The notes: generated by a model from the sequence alone, not told the origin. A stretch of 63,841 nucleotides of DNA, filler included, from Globobulimina sp. (GCA_003354225.1; 20 parts of 20 records of this genome joined end to end with filler, not necessarily neighbours in it), one strand, 5' to 3'; shown: positions 47,446-59,703, counted from the first letter of the whole stretch. A program made the numbers and translations.

Positions 47446-49309
47446 TTGCCGAAGTAAAGTACATTTTTAGAGCCTAATTTTGCGGAATTATGAAATTAAA
47501 TATCTATTTTTGCAATTATGGATTTTGCAGCTGCCCAATTAGTGTGAGAAGAAAACCGCAACGTACCACCGCAGAAAAAAATTTTATCAGAATGCTTGGG
47601 GTAGGGGGTGGTTCGAGGTCATTATTTTGGTGCCACCTGTCTGTTTCCTTGCATGTCAGAAATCTGTTCTGAATTGCAGCTGCAATTCTATCACACCCAA
47701 AGCCAAATAATGATTTCCAGGGGTTTCTGAGCGTTACCGCTCCCATAGGTTTCACTGCTAAGTGGCATTTTATTTTTTTATTTTAAAGCATTTAAAAATG
47801 ATATAGCATTCGTTCAATTCTTTTTATTTGTATGATCATGATTTGTGTAATCATGATTCTCTGCAAATNNNNNNNNNNNNNNNNNNNNNNNNNNNNNNNN
47901 NNNNNNNNNNNNTTAATTAATTAANNNNNNNNNNNNNNNNNNNNNNNNNNNNNNNNNNNNNNNNNNNNTGTAATATAATGCGTATAATTTTGTTCCATTT
48001 GTAATACGATTCTGCATAAACCGAATGGTTTTTATGTAATTATAACATTTTTTTTTAGTTTGAAACCGAGATAAATTATCTTATTTTTCAGTTTCAAACT
48101 ATAGACACCTGAGTAACGATTGATTGTTTCATGCCGATCATAGCACCGAGTTACTGTCGAAAATGTCGTGGATGATATCGATGCGAATGATTTGATTTTG
48201 ATGAATGCGAATATGCGTTGTAGCGTGATATATTTCTCCCTAATAATCGATCATCGTTTTTAATTGGTAGTTCATTAGTAAATCAAATTATTTTTGAGTG
48301 TTATCATAATCACATCGCACGAGGAATGCATATAATATTAGTTATATATGCTTAGATATCGTATTTAAATCAGTTTCTATTTCTTTCGATGGACTATACT
48401 AAACTGCGATGGTGGCAAGGTATACTGTGGAAAATTGTATGTCAGTATTTCTTTTTCCAGTTAGAAATTTTCACACCAAACCTTTGCTTTTGATATTCAA
48501 TTCTCTCACATAATTTAACGATGCTATAACATTATCTCTGTTCATCAATGATATAAAGAAGCAGTATCATAATAATATGTATAAATAACATTATTTACAA
48601 GGTAGTATGCTGTTTACGTCGGGTAGAGATCCATATTTTGCAGCTTCTCCAGAGTCTGCATACCATAAAAATCACGATCAGCTTTTTCTTACAAATTCAA
48701 TTAAAGATAACAACTCGATAAATTATATGAGCTTGATAGTAAATATACAAATGGGTATAAATTGTATTATTAATTATTTGCGGATTTAAACTAGGCATTC
48801 ATGTTTCTGAGTTTGTATATATCGCAGTTTGTGATGACATCCTGAATTTGTGTTTCCATACATGTCCAGATATCGCAAACTTATACATGTTCAGATATCG
48901 CATACATTCATAAAAACGTGTCGATTGCGAGTAAAAATACTACTGCATACATTATCTGATAAATTAACATTGACAAACTATATAATTAGCGACATACTAA
49001 AAAAAAGAAACATAACATATAATACACAATAAAAACAATTAATTAAATATAAAAATTGTAAACTGAAATTGTTCATTGTTTAACATGCGTGGTCAAAATG
49101 TAAGTCCGCTACATATTATACACATTTATACAATATTTATCTGACTTCATTTCCGTAAACACACTAGCAATTTGTACAGTACTTCAAACTACATTTTACA
49201 GTAACGCAAAATCGCAAAAAGCATCGTGTAGTATTTTAAGTTTTGCTTATTCCAATAAGTGTTACTTATATACATACCACACATATACCACGTATTAACC
49301 TACCAAACC

Positions 49310-50672
49310 ATGAAACAATCTTTCTCCAATTTTAAATTAAAAATTACTGCAAATCTCGAAACATTCAAAGCGCGACATTCGTCCCCAGATAGAAGGCCGA
49401 GGACATCATTCACATCAAAACCAAATGCAAAACACTCCTCAAATTCCGCTGCAATGTTATCTGAGCTCTCCAGGTCGGCCTCCTTAAACTATACAACATC
49501 CGCAGAAAATAATAACATCGCGATCGACAAAATCAATATATCATTGTCCGCAACTTCGCCTGTTAGCAAACCGACCAATTCGCAGAAATCGCCATTACCC
49601 GACGAATTCGCGGAAATCTCCATTTCCGGACCGCTGTGTCATAGCAGGCGCGTATTATCCGAGCATGGCTATGAGTGCACCTCCAAAATCGCCACCACTT
49701 TGCAAGGCGAAATATTCAAAGCGAAAGTATTGAAAAACAAGAAAAAAGCAGCCGTTGTCATCAAAGTAACCGACAAAATGCTGCATAATAAGTCCATTGC
49801 GATTGTGGACGGCAAAGAGATATCGATTCAGGAGAACATTGTGAATGAGATTCGTATCTTAAAATGGCTGAGTCGGCACCATCCACCACCGCATATGACG
49901 CGATTTGTTGATTATTTCCAAGATGAAAAGAATATCTTTTTAGTGATGGAAGATGGCGGCATGGATTTCTTCAAATTTGTGGCTGAGTGTCACAAATTGA
50001 TCAACAACAAATTATTATCGATAACCGAGTGGCAATGCGCAATTCGTGTGTTATTCAAACAAATGGTGATTTTTCTGGATTGGCTACATAATAAAATGAA
50101 TATTTGCCACATGGATATTTCGCTGGAGAACCTGTTGATAAATAACGTGTTTGTTATGTCAGACCAACACGATCAACAAATATATTTTAGTCATAATTTC
50201 GAAATTAATTTCTGTGATTTTGGACTTTCGGAAGCGTTCAATGGCAAAGATTTCCGATGTAATAAATTTGTCGGTAAAACAGGTCGATCTATTTTTGTAT
50301 ATATTTAATTTATATGTTTTGCCATGTTTAATATGTAACTTATTTGTTATATTTATTTTTCTTTATTAAGGCTATAAAGCGCCAAAAGTATATGGTAAGA
50401 ATTCAATTTTTGATGCCCGTTTAGCCGACGTCTGGAGTTTAGGAATCGTATTTTTTATGATAGCAATTGGAGCGCCGCCATTTAAAAGACCGAGTAAAAA
50501 AGAATTGGCCTTTAACTTGATTATGAATGGTCAGATGGACGAATTGCTGGTAAGTTGGAAGAGAATGCATCATTTAAGCCCTGAAATGTTTGATTTACTG
50601 CAAAATATGTTACAAAAAGAAGAAAAAAGAATTACAATGAAGCAAATTCGGCAACATCCATGGTTGCAATAA
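49310..50672 (+). CDS. CAMK-like Ser/Thr protein kinase with a degenerate Gly loop, 1 intron
   Basis: IATTLQGEIF, VVIK, HMDISLEN, DFG, GYKAPKV and DVWSLG. Intron 50283-50370. Confidence 0.93.
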
Positions 50673-51217
50673 GAATATCAATATACATAATATTTGAGTA
50701 TAAATATTCGAATAAAATGATTTATAATTACTTGTACATCTCTTTCTATTTTTATTTTCCTATTATTATTACAATTAAATTTTTGAAGAAAATAGTGTTT
50801 AAACAGTATAAAAAATTGGTATTATTTTAAAAGCAATTTATTTCTTTTGTAATTTCTCTTTTTGTTTTTTTTGTAATTATTTCTTTCTCACTTGTTTTTT
50901 TTATTTACTTTTGTGTATATGTTTGTTGTGTCTTGTTTTAATTGTATCATTTTAACTTATTATTTTGTGTAAATTATAAATTAAACCAATAAAGTTTATT
51001 ATATTTGTGTATTTCCTGTCGGTGTTTTGTAAATTGTTAAATTTATAATCTACATCGTATACGNNNNNNNNNNNNNNNNNNNNNNNNNNNNNNNNNNNNN
51101 NNNNNNNTTAATTAATTAANNNNNNNNNNNNNNNNNNNNNNNNNNNNNNNNNNNNNNNNNNNNACATCTTTCCATTTATCTCATCGTCATTTAACAGAAA
51201 ACAATAAGAAATTACAG

Positions 51218-53350
51218 ATGCAAGAGATTGGTGAGAGCTCCTCCCCTCCACCAACAATGCGATGGTCAATAACATCGATTCAATCATCAAATAATAATAT
51301 GAGAATACATTCGCATCATCAGTCCAGAAGTGTCAATGACAAATTACAACGAAAATTGCAAAAATTAGAACAAGGTATATTGTCTAAAAACATCCAACAT
51401 GACATCATGGTAAACAAAGAGGAGATGAATGTGAAGCGATTAAAGACAAAAGACATTCGGATTAAGAATTTGCTCAATGATATAAATAAACTACGCGAGG
51501 CTCACGACATGTTAGTTAATGAAATGACTGCGTTGCAAGCAGAAAATCGTGGATTAGCCAGCAAATTAAAAGAGAATAATGTCAATACATCGCTGAGCTC
51601 AAAATTGAATGAGGCGGATTATTGTAATCAATCGTTGAGGGATATTTTATTGAATATAACGAATGGAATTAATACTTTAAAGGAACAAAACGAAGAAACC
51701 CATTGCAAACAAAATGAACGCAAGCAATTAGAGAGAGAGTTTATGAATGGATTAAAAAATGGACAATCAGAATGGATGAATAATATATCTGTACAAATTA
51801 ATGAAAATATGAATAAATACAATGATAAAAATAATAATAAGGAGGTAATAAATGTATTTTGTAATAGATTGGACGAAATGGATAAAAATAATGCAGCAAA
51901 ATTAAATAATATTTATCAAAATATTAAAAAACAAGAAATTAAATTAGATGCATTAAATACAAATTATTTTCAAACATTAATGAATCAGAAACAAAAAATA
52001 TTGATAAATGAATTAAAGCAGGATATGAAACGTGAAATATATTCAACAAAAAACGAGTTAATGTCCGACTTAAAAGAAACAAGAAACGAAATTGGTTTAA
52101 CTATAAATGAGTTATCAAATGATATAAAATATCAAATCCCAATAAATAATAATATAAATAATATGTGGTCAGATTACTCAGATATAATGAATGCAAATGC
52201 CTCAAAAATAACAAATTTGCAAGAATCCATAAATGTGTTATGCAAAAATAATGAAAACATAATTAAATGTATCGAAGAGCAGATATCCAGTCAAAATAGT
52301 AAATTTAAACAAATTTCCGATGAAAACACATCAAAAACAACAAACGCAGTGATTGCGTTAGGACCATTATTTGAGAAATTCTATGCTCATTTTCAGAAAA
52401 TACAATCCATTCAACATACTAACATAATACAATCCATTCAACATAATACAATCCTATCCATTCAACAAAATAATAATGCCATGACCCAATCATTTGACTC
52501 ACTAAATACAAATATAAATAAGGAATGTTCCTTACTCTTAAAAGAAATGAAAACAATTAAAGAAAATAAAAGTAGTCTCCAATCAGAATTTAATTCCATA
52601 TCCAAAAATATGCAACAAATAGCACTGAGACACGATGAAATTGTAAATGGCAGCAATAAAATGTGTGAAATGTATAATAATTTATCAAATGCCGTTGCAT
52701 CAATCAATAATAAAACACATAATAATTATAAGCCATCGCCACAAAAGAATGTGTATAATGGAACGATGAGTGAAGAAACCGTAAAAAGAATAAAATCAAT
52801 GATAATTTCCCAAATTGAAGGAATGCGGAAATCAGTCAATTCCGTTGATCATAATCTAAGAATAAAATTAGTCCAATTACTGCAAGAAATAAATAGTAGA
52901 AATATTTCATTATTTAATAATATGAAACAAATAAACGATGTGCAACAAAAATATATTTTAAAAGAATCAGATTTGAAAAATAAACATGAATCTGAACTTA
53001 AAAATCATTTAAAACAAATACAATTAGGATTGACACAGTTAAATAAAACACAAATTACTTTAAATAAATGCATCACAGATAAAGAAATTCTAAATAAAAC
53101 AACAAAAGATATACAATTATATGTTCGTAATGATATGATGGGCGAAGTGCAACTAATTAAGAACTTATGTAATGAGATACACATAAAATCGCAACAATTG
53201 CCACATTTGGTTGCTAGGAGTAAAGATTTGAAAAAGTTTGAAAAAACGTTTGAAGATTTTACACAGAATTCAATTGCAAATGAACCAGTGCAACATTTGT
53301 TTGATTGCATCATAAAAATATTAAATAAAAATAGAGACCGTCTTTGTTGA
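51218..53350 (+). CDS. Long coiled-coil protein
   Basis: 710-aa ORF, heptad-rich, no recognised globular domain. Confidence 0.75.
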   Translation: MQEIGESSSPPPTMRWSITSIQSSNNNMRIHSHHQSRSVNDKLQRKLQKLEQGILSKNIQHDIMVNKEEMNVKRLKTKDIRIKNLLNDINKLREAHDMLVNEMTALQAENRGLASKLKENNVNTSLSSKLNEADYCNQSLRDILLNITNGINTLKEQNEETHCKQNERKQLEREFMNGLKNGQSEWMNNISVQINENMNKYNDKNNNKEVINVFCNRLDEMDKNNAAKLNNIYQNIKKQEIKLDALNTNYFQTLMNQKQKILINELKQDMKREIYSTKNELMSDLKETRNEIGLTINELSNDIKYQIPINNNINNMWSDYSDIMNANASKITNLQESINVLCKNNENIIKCIEEQISSQNSKFKQISDENTSKTTNAVIALGPLFEKFYAHFQKIQSIQHTNIIQSIQHNTILSIQQNNNAMTQSFDSLNTNINKECSLLLKEMKTIKENKSSLQSEFNSISKNMQQIALRHDEIVNGSNKMCEMYNNLSNAVASINNKTHNNYKPSPQKNVYNGTMSEETVKRIKSMIISQIEGMRKSVNSVDHNLRIKLVQLLQEINSRNISLFNNMKQINDVQQKYILKESDLKNKHESELKNHLKQIQLGLTQLNKTQITLNKCITDKEILNKTTKDIQLYVRNDMMGEVQLIKNLCNEIHIKSQQLPHLVARSKDLKKFEKTFEDFTQNSIANEPVQHLFDCIIKILNKNRDRLC

Positions 53351-53576
53351 TTTGTTATGGAACCACCCATAAACCAAGCAAAACAACATATATTTCAGCA
53401 CATTACATTAACGGTTGAAATATAGACCTTCTCCAACACGTTTTAGATTGTTTTAGATTAATTTTATTTTTAATAATCATTAATTTTTTATTTATTTCAA
53501 ATTCTTTTTATCACTTACTAGACTAACTAAAAAAATACTATCAAAAACCACTATACAAAAACAATAAAGGACCATA

Positions 53577-54258
53577 ATGTGGATTTGTTTAACCATAATA
53601 ATGGTGTTTAAAATAGCCTGCAGTGAGAGTAGTGACTTTTATATCAAGGAATGGAAAATTGACAACAATCATAATCTTACATCAGGTTTACAAGTGGGTG
53701 GTTGGGATATAAAATCGCAGATTTTTTATATTTTAGGCGGCAATGGAAATCAGGTTGATACAACAAGCGAATATATATATAATCCATCGACTGGGATTTA
53801 TAATGTTAGCAACACAATTGAGCCAACATCAACGTATCAAGGACAACAACACACGACAATTGTAGCCAATAATGGCAGTGCTTTCATATATTTTGAAAAT
53901 ACAAATTATGAATATTTAAACCAGAATTTTTATATATTCGATATGGATACAAATGTTATCAAACAAGGCGGAGAGAAGCCAACACAGTCAATTTATGAAT
54001 GTTTTACGAGTGATGAGTCATATATTTATATTATTGGTGGAATGGATAATGCCAATGTTGAAAATTTGAAATATTTTTCAGCATTGAACATTTCCAGCAA
54101 TGTATGGTATAAAGGTATTCATCTCGATATATTTCGAACAAATGTCTCATTTTTTTAATTTCAAATACAAAGGAAATGAATTGAATGTTGGCCGTGTATC
54201 GTCCGCATGCATTGTTGTGCAGGATAACGTATTTGTGTTTGGTGGAGATTTCCCAATC
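53577..54258 (+). CDS. Secreted Kelch-repeat protein, 5' part, spliced
   Basis: Signal peptide plus FYILGG, IYIIGG and VFVFGG Kelch blades. Confidence 0.8.
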
Positions 54259-54423
54259 NNNNNNNNNNNNNNNNNNNNNNNNNNNNNNNNNNNNNNNNNN
54301 NNTTAATTAATTAANNNNNNNNNNNNNNNNNNNNNNNNNNNNNNNNNNNNNNNNNNNNAATAACAATTCAAACAAAAACAAAAACGAAAAAAACGGTGAA
54401 CAACAAACAGTACAAAAGTGCAA

Positions 54424-54886
54424 TCATCTTTGCAGTGGATTATTCTTTCTTCTGATCCCAAATCCGCCTCTTTTTTGCCTCCCTCTTTTTTTCCTCCCGA
54501 AATTATTGGGTACATCCAGTCTAACACGAATTGGTCCATTGTCTATCTTTGCGCCGTCCAACTCCTTTTGTGCTTGTCTTGCTTCAGATCCCCGCGAATA
54601 AAACACTTCTGCGATGCCTGTCGAGCCTCCATTGTTTGGATTAAATTTGACATAGGCTTGTGTGACCGTTCCAAATTTTTCAAAGATTTCTTTTACGTCG
54701 TCCGATGAGACATGTTTTTGAAGGTTAGACACTATAACCTTTCCTTGGGTCGTGAATGAGTTATTTGCGCCGGAGTGCTGTCATTGAATAATCAGTCATA
54801 AATAATGAATAATAAACCGAAAACAAATGTGAAAACTAAACTCTGCGCAATGGTTTTTGACCATATCTATTGCGGTTGAATGGGGC
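54424..54886 (-). CDS. RRM protein, ALY/REF (THOC4/Yra1)-like; 3' exons
   Basis: KVIVSNL...VSSDDVKEIFEKFG...GSTGIAEVFY...LDGAKIDNGPIRV followed by an RG-rich tail. Intron 54778-54841. Confidence 0.8.
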
Positions 54887-54901
54887 CTAAGACAATATTA
54901 A

Positions 54902-57278
54902 TTTGTGTGTGTGTATTTGTGTGTTTTATAAAATATGATTGGAACAGCCACAGCCACCTTTGCAACGCACAATAATTATAAATTAATATTATTTATAATT
55001 CCATACACATAGCATACCTTGAAAGTTTTCCCTGTCTTTCGCGCCTTTGACACACTCATATCCTTCGTAGCCCACCAACAAACCAATGACAATGGCCGTC
55101 ACTGCGTCGACCCACCACAATTTGGCCAATTATTAAAGTACAGTGGTATACCTTCTTTGTTTTGTGGGTGCAATCTTCCAGCATCGGCTAGTTCATCTGC
55201 TTGTCCATTGTAGGGTTGTACTCTGTTATTATATGATACTCAATTGGTTTATGGGTTTCTTTATAGCAGATGTTACAATATGTGCCTTTTTTATTGAAAT
55301 TATAGAATAATTCTCTGTATTGCATTATCATTTTATCACTTACAAAATCATGGTTTAATTCATTCTTTTCAAACGTGTAAAAAGCTTTATAATCTGATCT
55401 CGTGTAATTAATGGTGTTAAACGGGTGCAGGTTATGGAAAGTATTGATTACTTCTTCATGCTGTTTTTGTATTATCATTGGTCTCAGTTGTTTTGGGTTT
55501 TGAAAGTGGTCAAAAGGATCAACTGTGATTTCTCGGGAACCATTTACGTCAACTTTTATTATTTTCATTTCCTTGCAATATTTATTTTTCAATTCGGAGT
55601 ATTGTTTGTATAATTTATAACTGTTTATATTTGGTAACATACACCATTTATGCATGAGAGAGGTATTTGGTTTGTTTATTAATTTGAAATAAAATCCCAT
55701 TTTTAAAACTGTCCATCTTTCTTTTGGGAATGGAATTCCTGCAAAAATTGAGAATTGTTTTGGATCGTAATTTAGTTTTTTTCCGATATCATTTATTAAC
55801 ACAGTCAGATTAGTTTTTAATAAATTATTGTGTTTTTTATTAATGTCGGAATTATTTATTTCATCCATGTCAAGGATTTGTGCGAATATTTCAGTGTATA
55901 CTAAATAAAATGTTTTGAGTATATTAATTTTTTCATTTAATGAAAGGTTGAGTGTTTTAATATCTATTTTAGAAAGTGCAAAGGCTTTTGCTTGCAATTT
56001 ATTTAAGAAATGGTTATTTGTATATTTTGTGGACACAAAGTTTACGGGGTCATGTGAGCAGCATTGTGCGCCTAAATATCTCATTTGTTGTACGATTTCA
56101 AGTGATTTATTGTTTAGTTTTATTTTGTGATGCATTGCAGATTTGTAAGAGTTGGGTTTATTGGTTGTATTATCCCAAATAATAAAGAAATTCTTGTAAA
56201 ACATTTCATTTTCAAACACTAAAATATGTTGTTTTAATTTCTTTAAAATTGTCTCAGGTATTTCTTTTATGTCATATTTAATTGTCTCTCCGTGTGTGGA
56301 GATACCATCAATTTTACCATTGGTTATATTTGAGTGAAATGACATTGGTGCATTGTTGATTGGTTGTATTTTTAATTTGTTTTTATATTCATTATTTATT
56401 TTGGTTTTTTCTGTATTATTTAGTTGGGTCAGGAGGTAATCATTGTGTGAATTATGGTGGTCATAAATCATGGATTTGCACTTTTTTTCATTGAATCTGT
56501 AGCACCAATTCTTGCTATGATTTTCACAGATTTTAAGGAGTCTTTGTAATTTATTGATTGTGTTTGCTGTCAGTACAACGTCATCACAATAAAAGATTGC
56601 TGAAACTAAATAGTGTATATCTGGTGTAATTGCACCGTAATCGGAGTTTTGTAATTCTATTATTAAATCATCAACAAAAACTGCAAATAACACAGGGCTT
56701 AAAACTGATCCTTGTAAAACTCCATTGAGCATTTCGTAAGGTTTATTTATGAAAGGTCTGTCTCTTATGGCACTGTGTGATTTATGATAGATTGCTTGTA
56801 TTATTTTGCAGAGGTTTGGTGACAGATTGAAATTTGTTAGGAGTTTGTAAAAAAGTCCTTTTCTCCAAACTGTGTCGAAAGCTTTTCTTATGTCGAGAAA
56901 CGCTGAAAAAAGAGGTTTTTTGTTTTTTGAAGCAGTCTCACTTAAAAGGTTCAATGTACCAAGTTGTTCAGGGACGCCTCTCGTATGTCTATTTCCTCCT
57001 TGTAGGATGTGCAATGATTTCCTAATCTTCGACACATCACACATTCTCCACAGAATCAAACGTTCATAGATTTTGAAGATTGTGGGCAGTAGTGTTATTG
57101 GACGATATTTACTCGGGATATTAGCGCCGATTTCTTTCTGTATACCGACAACGCTTCCGAGTCGGCTATAATACGGAATTATAAAATATTTATTCCAAAC
57201 ATTGTACATATTGCACAACATTATATTTATCTCACAATTATTTAATTTCAAATGAGTGATATTAATGAAATCATACCC
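54902..57278 (-). mobile_element. 5'-truncated non-LTR retrotransposon (RT, zinc-knuckle remnant, RNase H remnant, 3' UTR, CA-rich tail)
   Basis: ORF 55188-57251 has YRPITLL, FLDIRKAFDTV, GVLQGSVLSPVLF, FYCDD, YLG and CNIC...H. The out-of-frame segment YNGQADELADAG is RNase H-like. A CA-rich tract lies at 54902-54927. The 3' boundary is inferred. Confidence 0.9.
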
Positions 57279-57453
57279 TGTGCGACTCCTTTGTGGGGAA
57301 TGACAGAGTGGCCATGTATCATATGAGCTTCGCTGAGGACACTGCCAATGAAAGGATCACTTTTTTGTATAAGTTTGTCCAAGGCATTTGTAAGAATTCG
57401 CATGGCATAAACTGTGCCAAAATGGCATTTGATAATGAGAAATTTAAGGATAT
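57272..57453 (+). CDS. MSH6: MutS-family (MSH6-like) C-terminal fragment
   Basis: HTLCDSF...VAMYHM...ITFLYKFVQGICKNSHGINCAKMA follows the THYH motif position of MutS domain V. The 5' part is replaced by the retroelement. Confidence 0.75.
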
Positions 57454-57553
57454 NNNNNNNNNNNNNNNNNNNNNNNNNNNNNNNNNNNNNNNNNNNNTTA
57501 ATTAATTAANNNNNNNNNNNNNNNNNNNNNNNNNNNNNNNNNNNNNNNNNNNN

Positions 57554-58028
57554 TGCTTACTACAATTACGTTTGAGCCACTTTTGCCAATAACATTTATT
57601 GGATTATATTCAAACGAGGAACCAGCACCATCCACAAATCCGCCTCCATGAATCCATACCATTGTCGGCAAATTATCATTAGCTGATTTTGTGGGTGTCC
57701 ATATATTTAAAAATAAACAGTTTTCATCCTGTGGTTCAATAAGCTTATGGTAACCATTATTTTGTATGCAGGCTGCACCAAATGTAGTTGCGGAATATGT
57801 ACCATAGCTCCATGATTCATTTAATTGGCTTGGTCGGAATCGTAGAGCTCCAACCGGTGCAATGCCATATTGAATACCGAGATATTCATAGATTGCAGCA
57901 CCTGTTGCTTTATAATGGCCAACATTACCTCTAACACTTCCCAACTTTGTTGATATTTCGACATAAGCACTTGATATGATACGTATGAACGCCAACAATA
58001 TCAAAATTAAATAATGGAAACGTGTCAT
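57554..58028 (-). CDS. Secreted type-B carboxylesterase/cholinesterase-family protein, 5' part
   Basis: Signal peptide, YLGIQYGIAPVGALRF, DENCLFLNIWTP and MVWIHGGGF. Confidence 0.93.
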
Positions 58029-58315
58029 TATTGCTGTGCTGTGTTATTGTTATTATTATTATTTTATTTTATTGTGTATTACCCTTTTTCCGTTGCGGAA
58101 TTACTTTGAATTTTCGAAACGATGCTACTCTGTAAGTGTGATTTTTTTTAAATCCTCAAAACTTTTATTTTCATAAAGCAGTACTTTTTTGGTTTTTTTA
58201 TTCCGTGAAATAGTATTTTACTCATATTCAGTAATATCGAAGCATTAAATGCCTGACATCAAAAACCTTCTACGGTGTAAGGTCTGTATGGAATCACATA
58301 TGGCGTTTAATTACA

Positions 58316-59587
58316 TTAAGATATCGATCTGAAATCTTTATGATCATCATTTAGTGCGATGATACGAGTTTCGTCAAAGCCAGGAATAACTGATACTATA
58401 TCGAAGTCCAATTGTAATAGTTTTGCTGTTTTAATTGATCTGAGATCAGAAACATCATAACTCAAACATTCACAATTAACATTGCTTCCCCATAAATAAA
58501 ATTCATTATTATCTGTTTTAGCTACATTATGATTTCTCCCTGCTTTAATCTCTATGATTTTCGATGTGGTTTGAAATACCTTCAAAGTCGGCAATACATT
58601 GTACATTGAAGCTGTGCATTGATTGAAATCATTCCTTCCAAAGCAACAAACGCGACTGTCTGCATCCAATAATACTGAATGATATTCACCACATTCAATT
58701 TGGATCACTTTTGTTAACATTGGAAGATTAACTTTTGATGGTAACAAATCACTTGATGCTGAAAGGCGTGCCCTGCAATATCCGAGTTGAAAATAATAAT
58801 TTGAACCCCATGACCAAACAGATCCAGTCCCGTATTCCACTGCCAATGTATGGGCATATCCACATTTTATGTGCTCAATCTGTGTATTTATTGTATCCAA
58901 CAAAGTTATTTGCCTTAATTCACGAATGGCTTTTCCAAATCCTAACCCTCCACTCAATGACTTACCCACCACATAAATGTTGCCCATATCACTCAGAAAA
59001 TTAGTAAACATCAATGCACTCTCAATCTGCTTCAACCGTATTTTATTCAGAGAAAAATAAACATTTTGAGTCCATTCAGCATGAATTGGGTTATGATTTT
59101 TATCAATTGAAAAAAATCCAAGTTGTTTGAACAAATTCCAACCAACTCCATATACGCTATTATCCGTTTTGGAGATTACAAACCGATTTTGTGCATAAAT
59201 GCCACCTGAAATGTAACGTATTCTCATATCTTTAATTTTTATGATACTAAACTGTTTTTTAACTGTATCGAAACTATAATAAAATATCAGATATATTATA
59301 TCCAATGGAACTATCTGTTTAAACCAATGATGAGTAATAATTTCTACTCTTTCATGTGATACACCTAATTGACCATACTCATTATTGCCACAAACTAATA
59401 ATTTGTCTCCATCACACCGAAAATATGTAGCACCGTCATATCCTGTGACTATATCATTGATGCACTCATCAAATGGAATAGATTTGATTAATGTAAGAGT
59501 AAATATTTTATTTCTTTCTCGTCCAATACCTTGCTGTCCATTGATATTACTGCCCACCGTCCAACAATCATGTTTCCTTACAAGCAT
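58316..59587 (-). CDS. RCC1-repeat protein
   Basis: GNNEYGQLG, CGYAHTLAV...WSWGSNYYFQLG, CGEYHSVLL and AGRNHNV. Confidence 0.92.
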   Translation of the reverse strand: MLVRKHDCWTVGSNINGQQGIGRERNKIFTLTLIKSIPFDECINDIVTGYDGATYFRCDGDKLLVCGNNEYGQLGVSHERVEIITHHWFKQIVPLDIIYLIFYYSFDTVKKQFSIIKIKDMRIRYISGGIYAQNRFVISKTDNSVYGVGWNLFKQLGFFSIDKNHNPIHAEWTQNVYFSLNKIRLKQIESALMFTNFLSDMGNIYVVGKSLSGGLGFGKAIRELRQITLLDTINTQIEHIKCGYAHTLAVEYGTGSVWSWGSNYYFQLGYCRARLSASSDLLPSKVNLPMLTKVIQIECGEYHSVLLDADSRVCCFGRNDFNQCTASMYNVLPTLKVFQTTSKIIEIKAGRNHNVAKTDNNEFYLWGSNVNCECLSYDVSDLRSIKTAKLLQLDFDIVSVIPGFDETRIIALNDDHKDFRSIS

Positions 59588-59703
59588 CGAGCTCGAGAGC
59601 TAAATTAAAAACACACAGTACAGAAAAATCAAATCTTCAGTCATTGTCCATCTGTTTCATCGTACTTTTCTTTTAAATAATCTACAATATCATATATTAA
59701 TTA

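Noticed and set aside
47969..49300. 1.3-kb ORF-poor region upstream of the kinase
   Set aside because: I could not support any repeat, RNA structure or coding signal there.
55188..57251. RT as a retron, DGR, group II intron or CRISPR-associated RT
   Set aside because: The motifs (YRPITLL, KAFDTV, QGSVLSP, C-terminal zinc knuckle) and the intron-containing flanks fit a eukaryotic non-LTR element. I saw no template/variable repeat, ncRNA or array.
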